From the sequence record NC_049383.1: a stretch of 64,000 nucleotides of DNA. One strand, written 5' to 3'. Every line of letters begins with the position of its first letter. Within the stretch, counting starts at the first letter, position 1. Under the pieces are notes generated by a model. It did not search any database and had not been told where the DNA came from. It saw nothing but the letters and a program-made list of their open reading frames with translations. A program made the position numbers and the translations under genes. Below, piece by piece: positions 19,825 through 30,845 of the stretch.

Positions 19825-20577
19825 CTAATTATATTTACGTATTCTTAATATTTCATTATGTTCAGATATATCGATAGAGTGTTCAAACCAATCCAAATAC
19901 TCTTCCTCTGAATACATTTCAAATGCATCTTTTTGTGTAACTAAATCATTGGAAATCATACCCATACGCTTATACAATTTACGATGTGTATTTATTTCTT
20001 TTTGATTCTTACGCATAGATTTATAGAACTGGTCAACCTCATCTTTTTCAATCTTTAAATCAAGAATATCCTTACATAATTTAGTATGGAAATCATCGAT
20101 AAAGTTATGATAATCAACACCTTTAAACATATAAAGTGGGTGTAATTTTTCAATATATCTAGATGTCATTCTACCAAAGATTTGTAAATCCATATCAATA
20201 CCTTCATTAACACCTTTTGCATTAAACTCCCAGTTTTCATCAGTAAAATGATAATCATAACCTAAACGATTTTCTTTAATAAAATCATAATCTTGGTTAA
20301 TATACACGTAGAAGTTTCTTTTTGAACAACCTTTATATGCTTCTTCATAGAAAATATCAATAGATTCAATAACTATTTCTTTACGTTCTTCTCCTAAAAT
20401 ATCAGAAACATTATTATTTTTAAAAACAAATCTATTAATAATATCACCTATCCTAACATACTGATTAAGAAGGAATAATTCATAAGTATCTAAAGTTTCA
20501 GGAATATGACCATAAAACCATCTTGGCGAAACAGTAACTCTTAGTTTTGTTTCAGAATTATTTAGTTGTAACTTCAT
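19825..20577 (-). CDS. hypothetical protein
   Basis: 250-aa ORF. Confidence 0.8.
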   Translation of the reverse strand: MKLQLNNSETKLRVTVSPRWFYGHIPETLDTYELFLLNQYVRIGDIINRFVFKNNNVSDILGEERKEIVIESIDIFYEEAYKGCSKRNFYVYINQDYDFIKENRLGYDYHFTDENWEFNAKGVNEGIDMDLQIFGRMTSRYIEKLHPLYMFKGVDYHNFIDDFHTKLCKDILDLKIEKDEVDQFYKSMRKNQKEINTHRKLYKRMGMISNDLVTQKDAFEMYSEEEYLDWFEHSIDISEHNEILRIRKYN

Positions 20578-20857
20578 CTAATGTAGTTTTAAGTTTAGCT
20601 AAAACACAAATATCTGTGATTTCAATAATGTATTCATTGTTAACCTTTTCAACATAACCAACGATTTCACCTTCGACTATGTTACCAGTTTCCTCACTTA
20701 CGTATTTGTAACGATATGTTGTTTTACCAAAAAGATTAAATTCTAAATGCATTATAGTTTTTGGTGTTGTTACATTACTATTTGAAAGTGTTTTTGGTGA
20801 GGTTTGTGTAAATCCAACCCAAACTTCACCTATATTTAATAATACTGTTTTACTCAT
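20558..20857 (-). CDS. hypothetical protein
   Basis: 99-aa ORF. Confidence 0.7.
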   Translation of the reverse strand: MSKTVLLNIGEVWVGFTQTSPKTLSNSNVTTPKTIMHLEFNLFGKTTYRYKYVSEETGNIVEGEIVGYVEKVNNEYIIEITDICVLAKLKTTLDEVTTK

Positions 20858-21521
20858 TTGTTTTTAAATTTTTAATTTGTTCTTTATTTAATTCACATAT
20901 CTTACTTACAGTTCTAAACATAATTAGTAATTCTATATAACAATCTAAACTAGATGTATCAATATAGTTTAAATCTGTAAGATATGCCTTTTCGCTTAAA
21001 TCAAATTTGGTGAACTCTTTCAAAGTGTCATGTAAATTCAACTTTTGGTTATTAATTGAAAGTCTATTTTTTATTTCAATTAACAACTTTAAGTATTTGT
21101 TTGCATACTTTTTTAAATCTATTGTTTTATAGTTTCGTAGAATCTCTTTGAAAGCTCCTGTTTTCTCATCAACTTTAAAAGGTTGTGATAAGTTATTAGC
21201 CACACTAAGTACTTCAACAAAATATTCAAGTTCATTTAAGTTATAATTTGAAACAAAATTATCACATTCTACTTTCCAATTTAAACCATCTATACAATAA
21301 CACATTACGTTTTTACTACTATCTTCAACATCCTCATATAAGAACATTAACTTTGGTTTCAAGTTTTTAGATATACCAACCGTTACATTATTCTTTTGAT
21401 ATGTTAATGGGAAATCACCAGTATTATTATCTAAATGGATAAGAAATTTTAAAGCATCTTGTAAATCAACTTCGTAATTCTCATGTTTAAATATATCTGA
21501 GTATTTTTGTATTCTTTGCAT
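20850..21521 (-). CDS. hypothetical protein
   Basis: 223-aa ORF after promoter 21537. Confidence 0.8.
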   Translation of the reverse strand: MQRIQKYSDIFKHENYEVDLQDALKFLIHLDNNTGDFPLTYQKNNVTVGISKNLKPKLMFLYEDVEDSSKNVMCYCIDGLNWKVECDNFVSNYNLNELEYFVEVLSVANNLSQPFKVDEKTGAFKEILRNYKTIDLKKYANKYLKLLIEIKNRLSINNQKLNLHDTLKEFTKFDLSEKAYLTDLNYIDTSSLDCYIELLIMFRTVSKICELNKEQIKNLKTNE

Positions 21522-21536
21522 AAATAATATTTTTAG

Positions 21537-21584
21537 TAAATATATACAAAAAAATCGGAACTCCCAAAGGAAATTCCGATTTTT
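21537..21584 (-). promoter_or_regulatory. promoter overlapping terminator
   Basis: -7 variant TATATTTA (21537-44), 20-nt spacer, TTTG (21565-68) inside hairpin aaaatcggaa...ttccgatttt. Confidence 0.65.
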
Positions 21585-21588
21585 ATTT

Positions 21589-22758
21589 TTAAGGATTATT
21601 TCTACAATAATTCACTTCACAAATTTGTTTCAAGCAATCATCATATGCTTTATGTGTTAATAAAGGGTAATGAACTCCATTTGATAAGATTTCACTTACT
21701 ACGCTTTTATCGTTTCTTAACTCCCATTCATCAATGATAGTTCTTATACATCTTGATTTGTTATAAACCATGAAAATATCATAATCAAATGCTGTTAACC
21801 ATTCATTTATAATACGAGTATCAAAATCAGGTGATTTACAATAAATGAAAACATTATATTTTTTACTAAGGTTTTCATAGAACATTTTAAATTCCATTAA
21901 AGCAACTAATAATTCAACATCTGAATCATTATTATCAAGGAATGTCATTGAGTCTTTGTTTTGTTTCATCCACCACATAATAGTGTTCATTTGTGGATAA
22001 ACATCTAAGCCTCTACGCTTATACTTATCATAGCACTCAATATCAATATGTGTTTCGAATATCAAATCATCATCAATTCTAATACCAAAATTATCAAATC
22101 CAATTGCTGAAATAGATGTTATTGGAACTAAACCTTCATGTTCTTTTCCTAAAGTTTCAATATCTAACATTAAATCCAATCTAGGTTTTGATTTATTATC
22201 AATTCCCAAAATATTGTTTATTTGTTCTGTTACAAAATATATATCATCTTCACCATTTATAACATGAGCATTTTGTATATTATTTAAAATAGGTAATGTA
22301 CTTTCTTCATATACTTCCAAACGTTTTTTAATAATACCAACTTCTGAATCTTCAATACGACCGCTTGTTTTACCCCTTTCTAATGAACGTGATATAACAG
22401 TATCATCATTAACATGAATGTATATAACTTCAAATTCTATATTTAATTCGCGACAAATTGTGTTTTTTAGATATTCAAATTGCTCTATCGTTCTACAAAC
22501 ACCATCGAAAATAAAAGGTTTATTATATTGTCGAAGTCTAGTAATCTCATCACGCATGATTTTAAGTATAACATCATTCGGCATTAACTTACCTTCTTTA
22601 TCCAATTCGATTGCTTGTAATCCAATTTCTGTTTTATCCTTTTTATGTCTTCTTAGGATATCACCCATTCCAATATGGATATAACCTATTTTTTTTAGTT
22701 TTTCGGATTGTGTACCCTTTCCGCAAGCAGGTTTACCTATTAAAAGTACTGATTTCAT
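21589..22758 (-). CDS. adenylate/NMP kinase fused to DEDDh 3'-5' exonuclease
   Basis: GKPACGKGTQ, HIGMGDILR, DGVCRTIEQ, GRIED; C-terminal LDIETLG, PDFD, HKAYDDC. Confidence 0.85.
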   Translation of the reverse strand: MKSVLLIGKPACGKGTQSEKLKKIGYIHIGMGDILRRHKKDKTEIGLQAIELDKEGKLMPNDVILKIMRDEITRLRQYNKPFIFDGVCRTIEQFEYLKNTICRELNIEFEVIYIHVNDDTVISRSLERGKTSGRIEDSEVGIIKKRLEVYEESTLPILNNIQNAHVINGEDDIYFVTEQINNILGIDNKSKPRLDLMLDIETLGKEHEGLVPITSISAIGFDNFGIRIDDDLIFETHIDIECYDKYKRRGLDVYPQMNTIMWWMKQNKDSMTFLDNNDSDVELLVALMEFKMFYENLSKKYNVFIYCKSPDFDTRIINEWLTAFDYDIFMVYNKSRCIRTIIDEWELRNDKSVVSEILSNGVHYPLLTHKAYDDCLKQICEVNYCRNNP

Positions 22759-22771
22759 ATATTTGTTTTGT

Positions 22772-23095
22772 TTATGATTTTGCTGATAAATTAAAATAAT
22801 AGTTCCCAGTTATGCTACCGTCTGTATAGCTTAATCTGAACTTATAAATTCCACCACCTTTTTTATTAGCTACCTTATTACCTTCTGCTTTGAAAAATAG
22901 TGAATGTGGTGCTTTTTCGATTAGTGTTATTTCGAAGTTCTCATCCAAATACTCAATATGGTTGAAAACTTTTTTATTGTCGTGTCTTACTTTACCAATT
23001 CTCAAATGTCTGAACTCGTTGAATAGATTATTCAAACCTATTTGAACGAGTTCAGAATTTGTTTTAATTTGGTTTATATCTAACCCATTAAGCAT
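22772..23095 (-). CDS. hypothetical protein
   Basis: 107-aa ORF. Confidence 0.75.
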   Translation of the reverse strand: MLNGLDINQIKTNSELVQIGLNNLFNEFRHLRIGKVRHDNKKVFNHIEYLDENFEITLIEKAPHSLFFKAEGNKVANKKGGGIYKFRLSYTDGSITGNYYFNLSAKS

Positions 23096-23211
23096 TACTC
23101 TTTGATGTCTTCTGTAATCGTTTGCTCTTCATTAACGATTCCATCTTCAACTTGTTTAGTTTGTTCAACATCTTGGCTATCTGTAATCATCTTGTTTTCA
23201 TCTTTAATCAT
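23095..23211 (-). CDS. small acidic peptide (not in ORF track)
   Basis: 38 aa MIKDENKMITDSQDVEQ...EDIKE; TAATG-coupled to the next gene. Confidence 0.5.
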   Translation of the reverse strand: MIKDENKMITDSQDVEQTKQVEDGIVNEEQTITEDIKE

Positions 23212-23216
23212 CGTTT

Positions 23217-23843
23217 TTAAATTTTAGTTATAGACTTTATTCTACCATATATTTTATAATCTCTTGCGTATGGTTCGCCATTATTCTTTACTTTATTGAA
23301 AGTGTATTTGAAACAATTAGCTTCATTTTGACCTTTATACATATCTCCTGATGGATAATGAATTGACTTTATAAAAAGAATTTCTTCTCTGTTTGGGTCT
23401 TTACCCACACCCATAAATTGAGAATAACAAACTTTAACTTTATCACCAACTTTTAGTTTCGAATTGTTAGTATATTCCATTTTTATGTTACGTAATTCAA
23501 TCTGCATTTCTGTAATCTTACTTTCAATATCAATTATATTTTTCATATCATATAATGATTTCAAGTAATTTGAGTAATTTTCTGATAAGAATAACTTAAA
23601 CTCATCAATCAATCCGATAACATCAAATTCAAATCCTTTTATATTTTTCACATAAACCTTTTTGAAAATACCACTTATCTCAATAACTATTGTTTTATCA
23701 CCTGATGTTACATTAGTCATGCAATGACGTAGGATTTTATATTCTTCATTTAATTCGAATATTTTACCCAACTTATTCGATGTAGCACCTTTTTGATTGT
23801 AAATAAGCAGGTTTCTACCCATTTCAGTTAAAATTTTACTCAT
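23217..23843 (-). CDS. hypothetical protein
   Basis: 208-aa ORF. Confidence 0.8.
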   Translation of the reverse strand: MSKILTEMGRNLLIYNQKGATSNKLGKIFELNEEYKILRHCMTNVTSGDKTIVIEISGIFKKVYVKNIKGFEFDVIGLIDEFKLFLSENYSNYLKSLYDMKNIIDIESKITEMQIELRNIKMEYTNNSKLKVGDKVKVCYSQFMGVGKDPNREEILFIKSIHYPSGDMYKGQNEANCFKYTFNKVKNNGEPYARDYKIYGRIKSITKI

Positions 23844-23844
23844 A

Positions 23845-24543
23845 CTATACAGATAGGTTTAAAAGTGCGTTGATTGTCTCAATATTGTTTGAAAGACGAT
23901 TCTTTTCCTTTTTAATAGAATCTAATATTATATATCTAAATTCAGGATTTTCAGAAGTCTCTAAATAATAACCTTCCAAACTATTTAAAATTTCAACATT
24001 GTTATTTTCTATATTTTTAACAAAATCAAATAATGAATCACTTATTAAATCAAAACAGTTGTTTGAACTATGATTATTTAATTTCGAAAAACGAACCATT
24101 ATATCATTTAGTACTTTCTTGTAAAATGTAAGTTGCTCCAAACGCTCATCCTCATACATGATATAATCCTTTACTTTTTGGTATATCTCTATATTTGTGA
24201 GGTCAAAAGGATTTTCACCATCCAAATTATAATTTTTGAACTTACCTCCCAATTTATACTTTTGGATATTATCAACTTTGTTATACTCTTGATACAAACG
24301 ATAAACAACACTTTTTAAAGCTCTTAAATCTGATTCACTTTCACCTTTGAAATATGTATCTAATTCATTATATACTAAATCTTTGATATCGAAAATTTCA
24401 TCATCAACATCATCAATCATAATAGATAAATCATTTATAAATTCCATTGATTTTTCAAAATTAATACTTCTTTCAGATTCCTTATCTTTATCAAAATCTA
24501 GTAGTTCCTTATATGAAACCAAACCTAATATTCGTCTTAACAT
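23845..24543 (-). CDS. hypothetical protein
   Basis: 232-aa helical ORF. Confidence 0.8.
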   Translation of the reverse strand: MLRRILGLVSYKELLDFDKDKESERSINFEKSMEFINDLSIMIDDVDDEIFDIKDLVYNELDTYFKGESESDLRALKSVVYRLYQEYNKVDNIQKYKLGGKFKNYNLDGENPFDLTNIEIYQKVKDYIMYEDERLEQLTFYKKVLNDIMVRFSKLNNHSSNNCFDLISDSLFDFVKNIENNNVEILNSLEGYYLETSENPEFRYIILDSIKKEKNRLSNNIETINALLNLSV

Positions 24544-24546
24544 ATC

Positions 24547-25485
24547 TTAATTTATTTTAGTTAAAAATTCGTTTGCTAATGTATGTGATTTGAACTTTAT
24601 TTTTATCTTTCCGTTCTTAGAAAGTTGATAGTATTCTATAATATCAGTTCCAGTCATTTTCTTATCATAAATACATTTTTCATCATCTAAACTATAATTA
24701 TGATTTATACAGAACTCCTTAATAAAACCTTTATAAGTCAAAACATCTGATACACTAGAATCATACTCTTTGTATAATTCATTTATTACAGTTGATAATG
24801 ATTTTATAAGTTTCAAATTATAGTCTCTAGCATGGTGACTCTTTGGATTATTCAAAATACTAGGAAATGATAAAGAACCATTTTTAGCAATTATCACATC
24901 ACCTCTGTGTGTATCTTCATTATACAATTCGTAAAGGAACTTTTTAGATTCTAAAATTTGATGTTCATTCAAATCTAATCCACCTATTTGTTCAAAAATA
25001 TAATCAATAATAGTATCATAATGTAATTCTAAATCAGAAATAGCACTATATTTTACCTTATCACTCATACCCCAATATGTCGGATAACGAGAGTGATTAT
25101 ACAATTGTTTAACAGCATAACCATCTGAAAATTCCCACTTCTCAATATCTATTTCGATATTGTATTTCTTGCAAATATATTCTGATACAGATTTTATGAA
25201 TCTATGGTGACAGTTTCCTGCATCTTTTTGAGCGACTAATAAAGATTCTTTTGAATCGAAAGACATATACTCAAAAGTGTTATTAAAACTAGTTCCGTTT
25301 ATAACTCTTTGTTTTAATTCAGGTTTTATATTTCTAAGTTGTTCTAAAGATTTAATACACTCTTTATTGTATTGTAATGCTTCTTTATAATCATTTAAAA
25401 GAGCATCTAAATATGATATATCTTCATGCGGTAATCTATTGGTGTTGTCAACTTTTACGTTGCTAAATTTTCCTAGTAAATCCAT
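24547..25485 (-). CDS. hypothetical protein, possibly DUF4942-like
   Basis: C-terminal LSKNGKIKIKFK resembles the DUF4942 terminus; start moved to MDLLGKF, downstream of promoter 25506. Confidence 0.5.
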   Translation of the reverse strand: MDLLGKFSNVKVDNTNRLPHEDISYLDALLNDYKEALQYNKECIKSLEQLRNIKPELKQRVINGTSFNNTFEYMSFDSKESLLVAQKDAGNCHHRFIKSVSEYICKKYNIEIDIEKWEFSDGYAVKQLYNHSRYPTYWGMSDKVKYSAISDLELHYDTIIDYIFEQIGGLDLNEHQILESKKFLYELYNEDTHRGDVIIAKNGSLSFPSILNNPKSHHARDYNLKLIKSLSTVINELYKEYDSSVSDVLTYKGFIKEFCINHNYSLDDEKCIYDKKMTGTDIIEYYQLSKNGKIKIKFKSHTLANEFLTKIN

Positions 25486-25505
25486 TATTAAATTGTTTTG
25501 TTGAG

Positions 25506-25544
25506 CAAAAATAAAAAATCCTTTGGAAGTAACCAAAGGATTTT
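25506..25544 (-). promoter_or_regulatory. promoter overlapping terminator
   Basis: -7 TATTTTTG (25506-13), 20-nt spacer, TTTG (25534-37) in the stem of aaaatcctttgg/ccaaaggatttt. Confidence 0.75.
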
Positions 25545-25548
25545 GTAA

Positions 25549-26070
25549 TTATTTTACTTCAATAAGTAAATCATATTCCAATTTATATCTTGCAACATCA
25601 CCTTCTGAATTAATTAACTCAAATCTAGCATTACTGAAAACATATTTTGTAGAACCTTTAATGTTTAAAGTGTATGATTCCTGTCTAAAAGACCTAAATT
25701 CACCATGCTTCCACGGATATGATGTTGTTTTAACAACAACATGAACTTCGCGCAATTTTTTATCAAAGAAATAATCTAAAGTTTTTGTTTTTGAAACAGC
25801 CCTATAAGAATCAAATGGAATTTCAGGATATGTGTAGATAGTATTGAATGATGTTAAATACAATCTAGTACTAGTCCTATGACTATTTAGTGTTGGTGTA
25901 CTACAATTAATAAACTCACCTTTTGAGTTCTTTTTAATATTCTTTGATGATACTCTATTTGTATGAGCATTATAAACTGTTACATACTTATCGTCTTTAG
26001 AAAGAATGAAAACACCTCTATAGTAAGGACATTTCATTAACATTTCAGTTAAATTATTGAAATTTTTCAT
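25549..26070 (-). CDS. hypothetical protein
   Basis: 173-aa ORF, last gene before the 25515-25544 hairpin. Confidence 0.75.
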   Translation of the reverse strand: MKNFNNLTEMLMKCPYYRGVFILSKDDKYVTVYNAHTNRVSSKNIKKNSKGEFINCSTPTLNSHRTSTRLYLTSFNTIYTYPEIPFDSYRAVSKTKTLDYFFDKKLREVHVVVKTTSYPWKHGEFRSFRQESYTLNIKGSTKYVFSNARFELINSEGDVARYKLEYDLLIEVK

Positions 26071-26072
26071 AT

Positions 26073-26909
26073 TTATAAATTTATTGATTTTACATATTCA
26101 ATGTGTTCACTTGACATAGGTGTTCCATGAAAGTTAACACCTAAAAATACATTTTTAACATCTTGGTCTGTAGCCAAGTCACCTAATTCACCATAAGATA
26201 ATCTACGATAGTCTAAAAACATTCTCTTAGCAACTAAAGATAAATCCTTCCAGTAAATACCATCTTTAGTACAAAATTCATTTCTGAACCATCTAATCAA
26301 AGTAGTTAATCTTTGTTTACCGTCCACAACCTCACACATAGATGCATCACTTGGTTGTTTATGATACATTTCTTTACACCACTCATATGAACGAGTTCTT
26401 AAAATAATCTTACCAATATCAACATTATTGAAAATAGACTCTATTAACAATTGTTGTTGCTCTAAAGTCCAAACAAAATCACGTTGATAACGCTCAATCT
26501 CACCATCTTTGTTAACCATAAAAGGATTGAAATTACAAGCAACTAAATCATAGGTGTATTCAGGTTCTTCACGAAACTTTCCTGACATTGCATCAAATCC
26601 CATGACACTAAAAATACTAGATAAACCATAACTAATATTTCTAAGCTTAGAATCCCAACGGAACTTCGGGAATGGGTTGATACCAATATTTCCAATATAA
26701 ATTTTATATTCGCCATCAGCAACAAATACAGGTTCTTTATATCCAAATTGTTTATAATAAACACCACCATCAGAAATTGAATGAACTTTAGCAGTATTAA
26801 TATATGCATTCTTATTCTTAGTTCCAAGACCTTTAGGTAATATAGTATCACCAACTTGAACTGGTCTTTCTAAATGTTCTTGAATTTTTTGTTCTAAAGA
26901 TTTTTTCAT
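26073..26909 (-). CDS. DUF262 (ParB/Srx-like, GmrS-type) domain protein
   Basis: YQRDFVW, LIESIFNN, VVDGKQRLTT. Confidence 0.85.
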   Translation of the reverse strand: MKKSLEQKIQEHLERPVQVGDTILPKGLGTKNKNAYINTAKVHSISDGGVYYKQFGYKEPVFVADGEYKIYIGNIGINPFPKFRWDSKLRNISYGLSSIFSVMGFDAMSGKFREEPEYTYDLVACNFNPFMVNKDGEIERYQRDFVWTLEQQQLLIESIFNNVDIGKIILRTRSYEWCKEMYHKQPSDASMCEVVDGKQRLTTLIRWFRNEFCTKDGIYWKDLSLVAKRMFLDYRRLSYGELGDLATDQDVKNVFLGVNFHGTPMSSEHIEYVKSINL

Positions 26910-26913
26910 TTTT

Positions 26914-27804
26914 TTAAATTTTATTTTCTATATAATAATCTTCTAGGAACAAATATAACAATTTTTCTTGTAAACTAACAACTTCTAAGCAAAAATAATT
27001 TTCACTTTTTGGGTTTATATTCAAACTAAGGCTTGGTAAAAACGCATGACCCGTTGTATTGTTGAACTCCCTAATAAGAATATCTACTTGATGTCTATTT
27101 GATTTTAAATAGTCTAAACCTTCCATTTCATCAATTTCCGAACGCATTTTCTTATAAGCTATAATACAATCTCTCATTTTAGGTTCTAAAAGAACTTTAT
27201 ATAAATCCATATTAGAATTTACCTTAAATGTATCTTTTGGGTCTGTTGAATTAAGCATTTTATTATAATATTCTACAGATAAATCCCAAAGAAAAATTTG
27301 AGAATTTGATTTAGAAGTAACAACATAACACCCACCATCATGATTATAACGGTTTACTTTAATATTTTCAAATATTTGGAAATAGTTTTGATTAAAATTC
27401 CAAATCAAATTATCGGTATGTTTAATATGATATGAATCATTACTTTTAGCACAGCTTTTAAAAGCATCATAGAATTTAATAAACTTATCAATATACTCAG
27501 TTAACATCATTGATGATGGTACTTGCTCAATCAAATGCATTGAAACCAACAAATGAAATATTAAATCATTTCTTTTCCTGTTGCCAAAATCTTTATATAC
27601 ACTAGTATCATGATTTATAGATATTATCCCTTGATTTTGATATAAATCTAGATGAAGACCTTCTAAAATACCACATGAATTTTTGAATTTTAATAACTCA
27701 AAATCACACGATAACATAAATTCTTTATCAATAACATTACCTCTTTTACTTTCAAGGAATAGTGTTAATTCCTTGAAAGATTTTCTTAATTTTTTACCGT
27801 TCAT
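26914..27804 (-). CDS. hypothetical protein
   Basis: 296-aa ORF within the MTase operon. Confidence 0.8.
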   Translation of the reverse strand: MNGKKLRKSFKELTLFLESKRGNVIDKEFMLSCDFELLKFKNSCGILEGLHLDLYQNQGIISINHDTSVYKDFGNRKRNDLIFHLLVSMHLIEQVPSSMMLTEYIDKFIKFYDAFKSCAKSNDSYHIKHTDNLIWNFNQNYFQIFENIKVNRYNHDGGCYVVTSKSNSQIFLWDLSVEYYNKMLNSTDPKDTFKVNSNMDLYKVLLEPKMRDCIIAYKKMRSEIDEMEGLDYLKSNRHQVDILIREFNNTTGHAFLPSLSLNINPKSENYFCLEVVSLQEKLLYLFLEDYYIENKI

Positions 27805-27815
27805 AATTTATTATT

Positions 27816-30800
27816 TTATTCTACTCTTTTACTTTTTTCACCCCAACTTAAACGCATACCACCTTCTTCATCATAGTGTTTCTGAATCAATGAACCTAAT
27901 ATATCACCATCAACACCAAACTCTTCATTTACATCTTCCTCTGTAGAAACCTCAGTTGTTTTAACAAAATTATTAACCTTTTCTTTGTTCAAAATCAAGT
28001 TTAAAATGTTTAAATCGATTGATTCCGAATAACAGATTAAATGTACTTGTGTTTTATTTTTAGAATCAAACCTAATAGTTCTACAATAAAATTGAGCTAA
28101 TGAACTATTATTCCAAGGAAGACTAGGTATAATAACAGTATTACATTCAGGTATGTTAACAGATGATTTTAAAGATGCTTGATTCGCTACAATAATAGCA
28201 TTATCAGTATTATTGAAATGCTCTATTATTTGACCCCTCTTTTTAAATGAAATTGTGCCATCAACATAAATAACTTCTCTATTCGGGAATGTCTTTTTAA
28301 TGTGATTAAAATAACTCTCTGTAGATTCTATACCTACACAACCAACTAAAATTTGCTCGTTTGGTCTTTCCTCTATCATCTTTATAACTTTAGCATACTT
28401 TGTCGGCAAACCTTCACCAATCCACTCTTTCATTAAATGAGGTGATGTAGTCGATTTAATCAATAAATTAATCATACGTATAATACGTAAATAAGACTCT
28501 TTACGACTATTTCCTGTTGATTGGAAGTAGTTATAACACATTTCATGGAAACGCTCTAAAATATCCTGTTGTAACACCTTTTCGGCATAATTTGGTTGAA
28601 CAAAGTGTGATATCATTTCTTTTTTATCACCCATCAATTCTTCCATTGTTCTAGTGATGATACTTGAATTAATAATATCCGTTAAATCGCTTAAATTATA
28701 TAAATCCTGTAACTCTTTTTGTATTCCAAATACACTAGCTTTTGATGGTGCGAAACAGCTTTTAAAAGTACCGAATCCGTAATAAGCATCGAATGGTTGA
28801 AATCTCTTTTTATTAATATGTGATTTAATTTCCTTTGTCTTTTTATCCTGCTTATAAATTAACTGTACATTACACATCATGTTATATGAATTGTTGTACA
28901 TCAATTCAATATTTGGATAAATCTCGTTTAAGTTATTTCTAGTTGGTGTACCTGTCATTAAAATTGTACGGTGACATCTTCTAAATGCATTCAAAACAGC
29001 TCTAGACCTTTTAGATAAACGGTTCTTAACTTCATCACTTTCATCAAATATTAGAGAAACTTTGTTACTTCTAGACTTAACAAATTCTTTTACCTCATCC
29101 TTTAAGTTTCTCAAACGACCTAATGTAATTAATACAACTTGACCTTCTTTAATCTTGTTTAAATCATCAGCTTTTAAAATCTCAATATAATTAACACCGT
29201 TCGTTTTTAAAGTATTTTTTAAAGTCAAATCTAATGCGATAGCAGGTGCAGTAATAAATACATTCTTTGTTAGATTGTTTTTAGTCAAGTATTTAGATGC
29301 GCATAATAAAGCAACTGATTTACCACCACCCATAACCCAACTTAAAAGGGTATGTTTTCTAGTTAATACCTTCTTAACATCTTCTTTTTGAATTTCATTA
29401 AGTTTATGACGTTGACCTTTTGAAATAAATGAGAATCTGTTAACATATGAGTTTACTTTTTTATCAATTTGTAAATCTGTAAGTTTACAATTATGTAATA
29501 AATAATCCTTAATTTTTCTATTTACAACTTTTTTTAACTCTGTAGTATCTAAGTTTAAAGACTTACAAACATTCAAATACTTTTCATATTCACCCGACAT
29601 TGTTACAAGTTGATAAATAGAAACAATAGTTGAGTCGTTAACTTTTTTAGAAAGTAATTGTTTAGACTTGTTAGAATATGCCTTAATCTCGAAGCTATGA
29701 CCTTTTTTAATGACTCTAATAACATCTTTTTGAACTTTGGCTGAATTACTCATAACTCTTTTAAAAGTGGCTAAAACCTTATTTTTTGTAAGTTTAATTT
29801 TATCCCACTCTTCCCATTCCATACCATCAGGACGCTTTTGAGTATTAAATTTTTCAATCAATGCTTGCGCCTTTGCATAATAGTATTGTAAGTTTTTATG
29901 TGTTCTAAACTCATATAGATACTTTCGAACTTTATATTCAAATTCACTATCATCAGACTTAATCTCTGTCATAGTTTTAGCTCTTAAAGATGATTTAATC
30001 TTTCTAAGAACTTCTATTTTATTTTTTATATCATCCTTTGTTGTAAATTCGTTAACAAAAGAAACATCCGATACGTGTTCACTTTTACGTTGGAAAAACA
30101 TAACTTTAGTAGCGAAATTATCAACACCCATTTGTTTAAATTCATTATTAGATAACGGATATTGACCAATGAAGTTAAAAAACTCATTCATTCTCTCGAT
30201 ATCCTGCTTATTCATCATTTCATCATTTAAGAATGACTTAGGAACAATTAAAGCCATGATTGCTAAAGGCTTCATTAATTCTGCTGACTTTTGACAAACA
30301 TACATCTGTGAAGACATACCACCAAAATCTAAATTAAAAGGTGGATTCAATACCAATGTATCAAACTTTAATTTAGGTTCATATGCTCTAATATCACAAT
30401 TCTTAATACTTGCTTCGGGATATAAGAAACGAGCAACACGAGTCGCTTTAGAATCAATATCACAACCATATGCATTATGTAAATTTGGTAAGAAGTTGAA
30501 AAATGAACCTGAACCACAAGTAAGGTCTGCAACTAAATCATTTTTATCAATGTTTAAAATATCAACAACATCAATAGACGTACTATGTGGTGTGAAAAAT
30601 TGACCCGCTTCTAAATCCTTCTTTGCTTCTGTATAACTATGGAATGACGAAAAATCTTTGAAGTTAAGACCATGCAAACCACCATCACCAGTATATGCAT
30701 TATAAATATCTTCATGACTAAGACCCTGTAAATCACCAGTTTCAATAAGATGTAGGATTTTATTGTTTATATCTTTTCTTGCTTCTTGTGGTATTGCTTG

Positions 30801-30821
30801 ATTTTTATAATGATATTTCAT
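27816..30821 (-). CDS. amino (N6-A/N4-C) DNA methyltransferase - SNF2-type helicase fusion
   Basis: GQFFTP, DLTCGSGSFF, LNPPF; helicase MGGGKS, DESDE, MTGTP, QFYCRTIR; start moved to MKYHY, downstream of promoter 30846. Confidence 0.85.
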   Translation of the reverse strand: MKYHYKNQAIPQEARKDINNKILHLIETGDLQGLSHEDIYNAYTGDGGLHGLNFKDFSSFHSYTEAKKDLEAGQFFTPHSTSIDVVDILNIDKNDLVADLTCGSGSFFNFLPNLHNAYGCDIDSKATRVARFLYPEASIKNCDIRAYEPKLKFDTLVLNPPFNLDFGGMSSQMYVCQKSAELMKPLAIMALIVPKSFLNDEMMNKQDIERMNEFFNFIGQYPLSNNEFKQMGVDNFATKVMFFQRKSEHVSDVSFVNEFTTKDDIKNKIEVLRKIKSSLRAKTMTEIKSDDSEFEYKVRKYLYEFRTHKNLQYYYAKAQALIEKFNTQKRPDGMEWEEWDKIKLTKNKVLATFKRVMSNSAKVQKDVIRVIKKGHSFEIKAYSNKSKQLLSKKVNDSTIVSIYQLVTMSGEYEKYLNVCKSLNLDTTELKKVVNRKIKDYLLHNCKLTDLQIDKKVNSYVNRFSFISKGQRHKLNEIQKEDVKKVLTRKHTLLSWVMGGGKSVALLCASKYLTKNNLTKNVFITAPAIALDLTLKNTLKTNGVNYIEILKADDLNKIKEGQVVLITLGRLRNLKDEVKEFVKSRSNKVSLIFDESDEVKNRLSKRSRAVLNAFRRCHRTILMTGTPTRNNLNEIYPNIELMYNNSYNMMCNVQLIYKQDKKTKEIKSHINKKRFQPFDAYYGFGTFKSCFAPSKASVFGIQKELQDLYNLSDLTDIINSSIITRTMEELMGDKKEMISHFVQPNYAEKVLQQDILERFHEMCYNYFQSTGNSRKESYLRIIRMINLLIKSTTSPHLMKEWIGEGLPTKYAKVIKMIEERPNEQILVGCVGIESTESYFNHIKKTFPNREVIYVDGTISFKKRGQIIEHFNNTDNAIIVANQASLKSSVNIPECNTVIIPSLPWNNSSLAQFYCRTIRFDSKNKTQVHLICYSESIDLNILNLILNKEKVNNFVKTTEVSTEEDVNEEFGVDGDILGSLIQKHYDEEGGMRLSWGEKSKRVE

Positions 30822-30845
30822 TTCTTTAAGTTGATTTTGATAATA

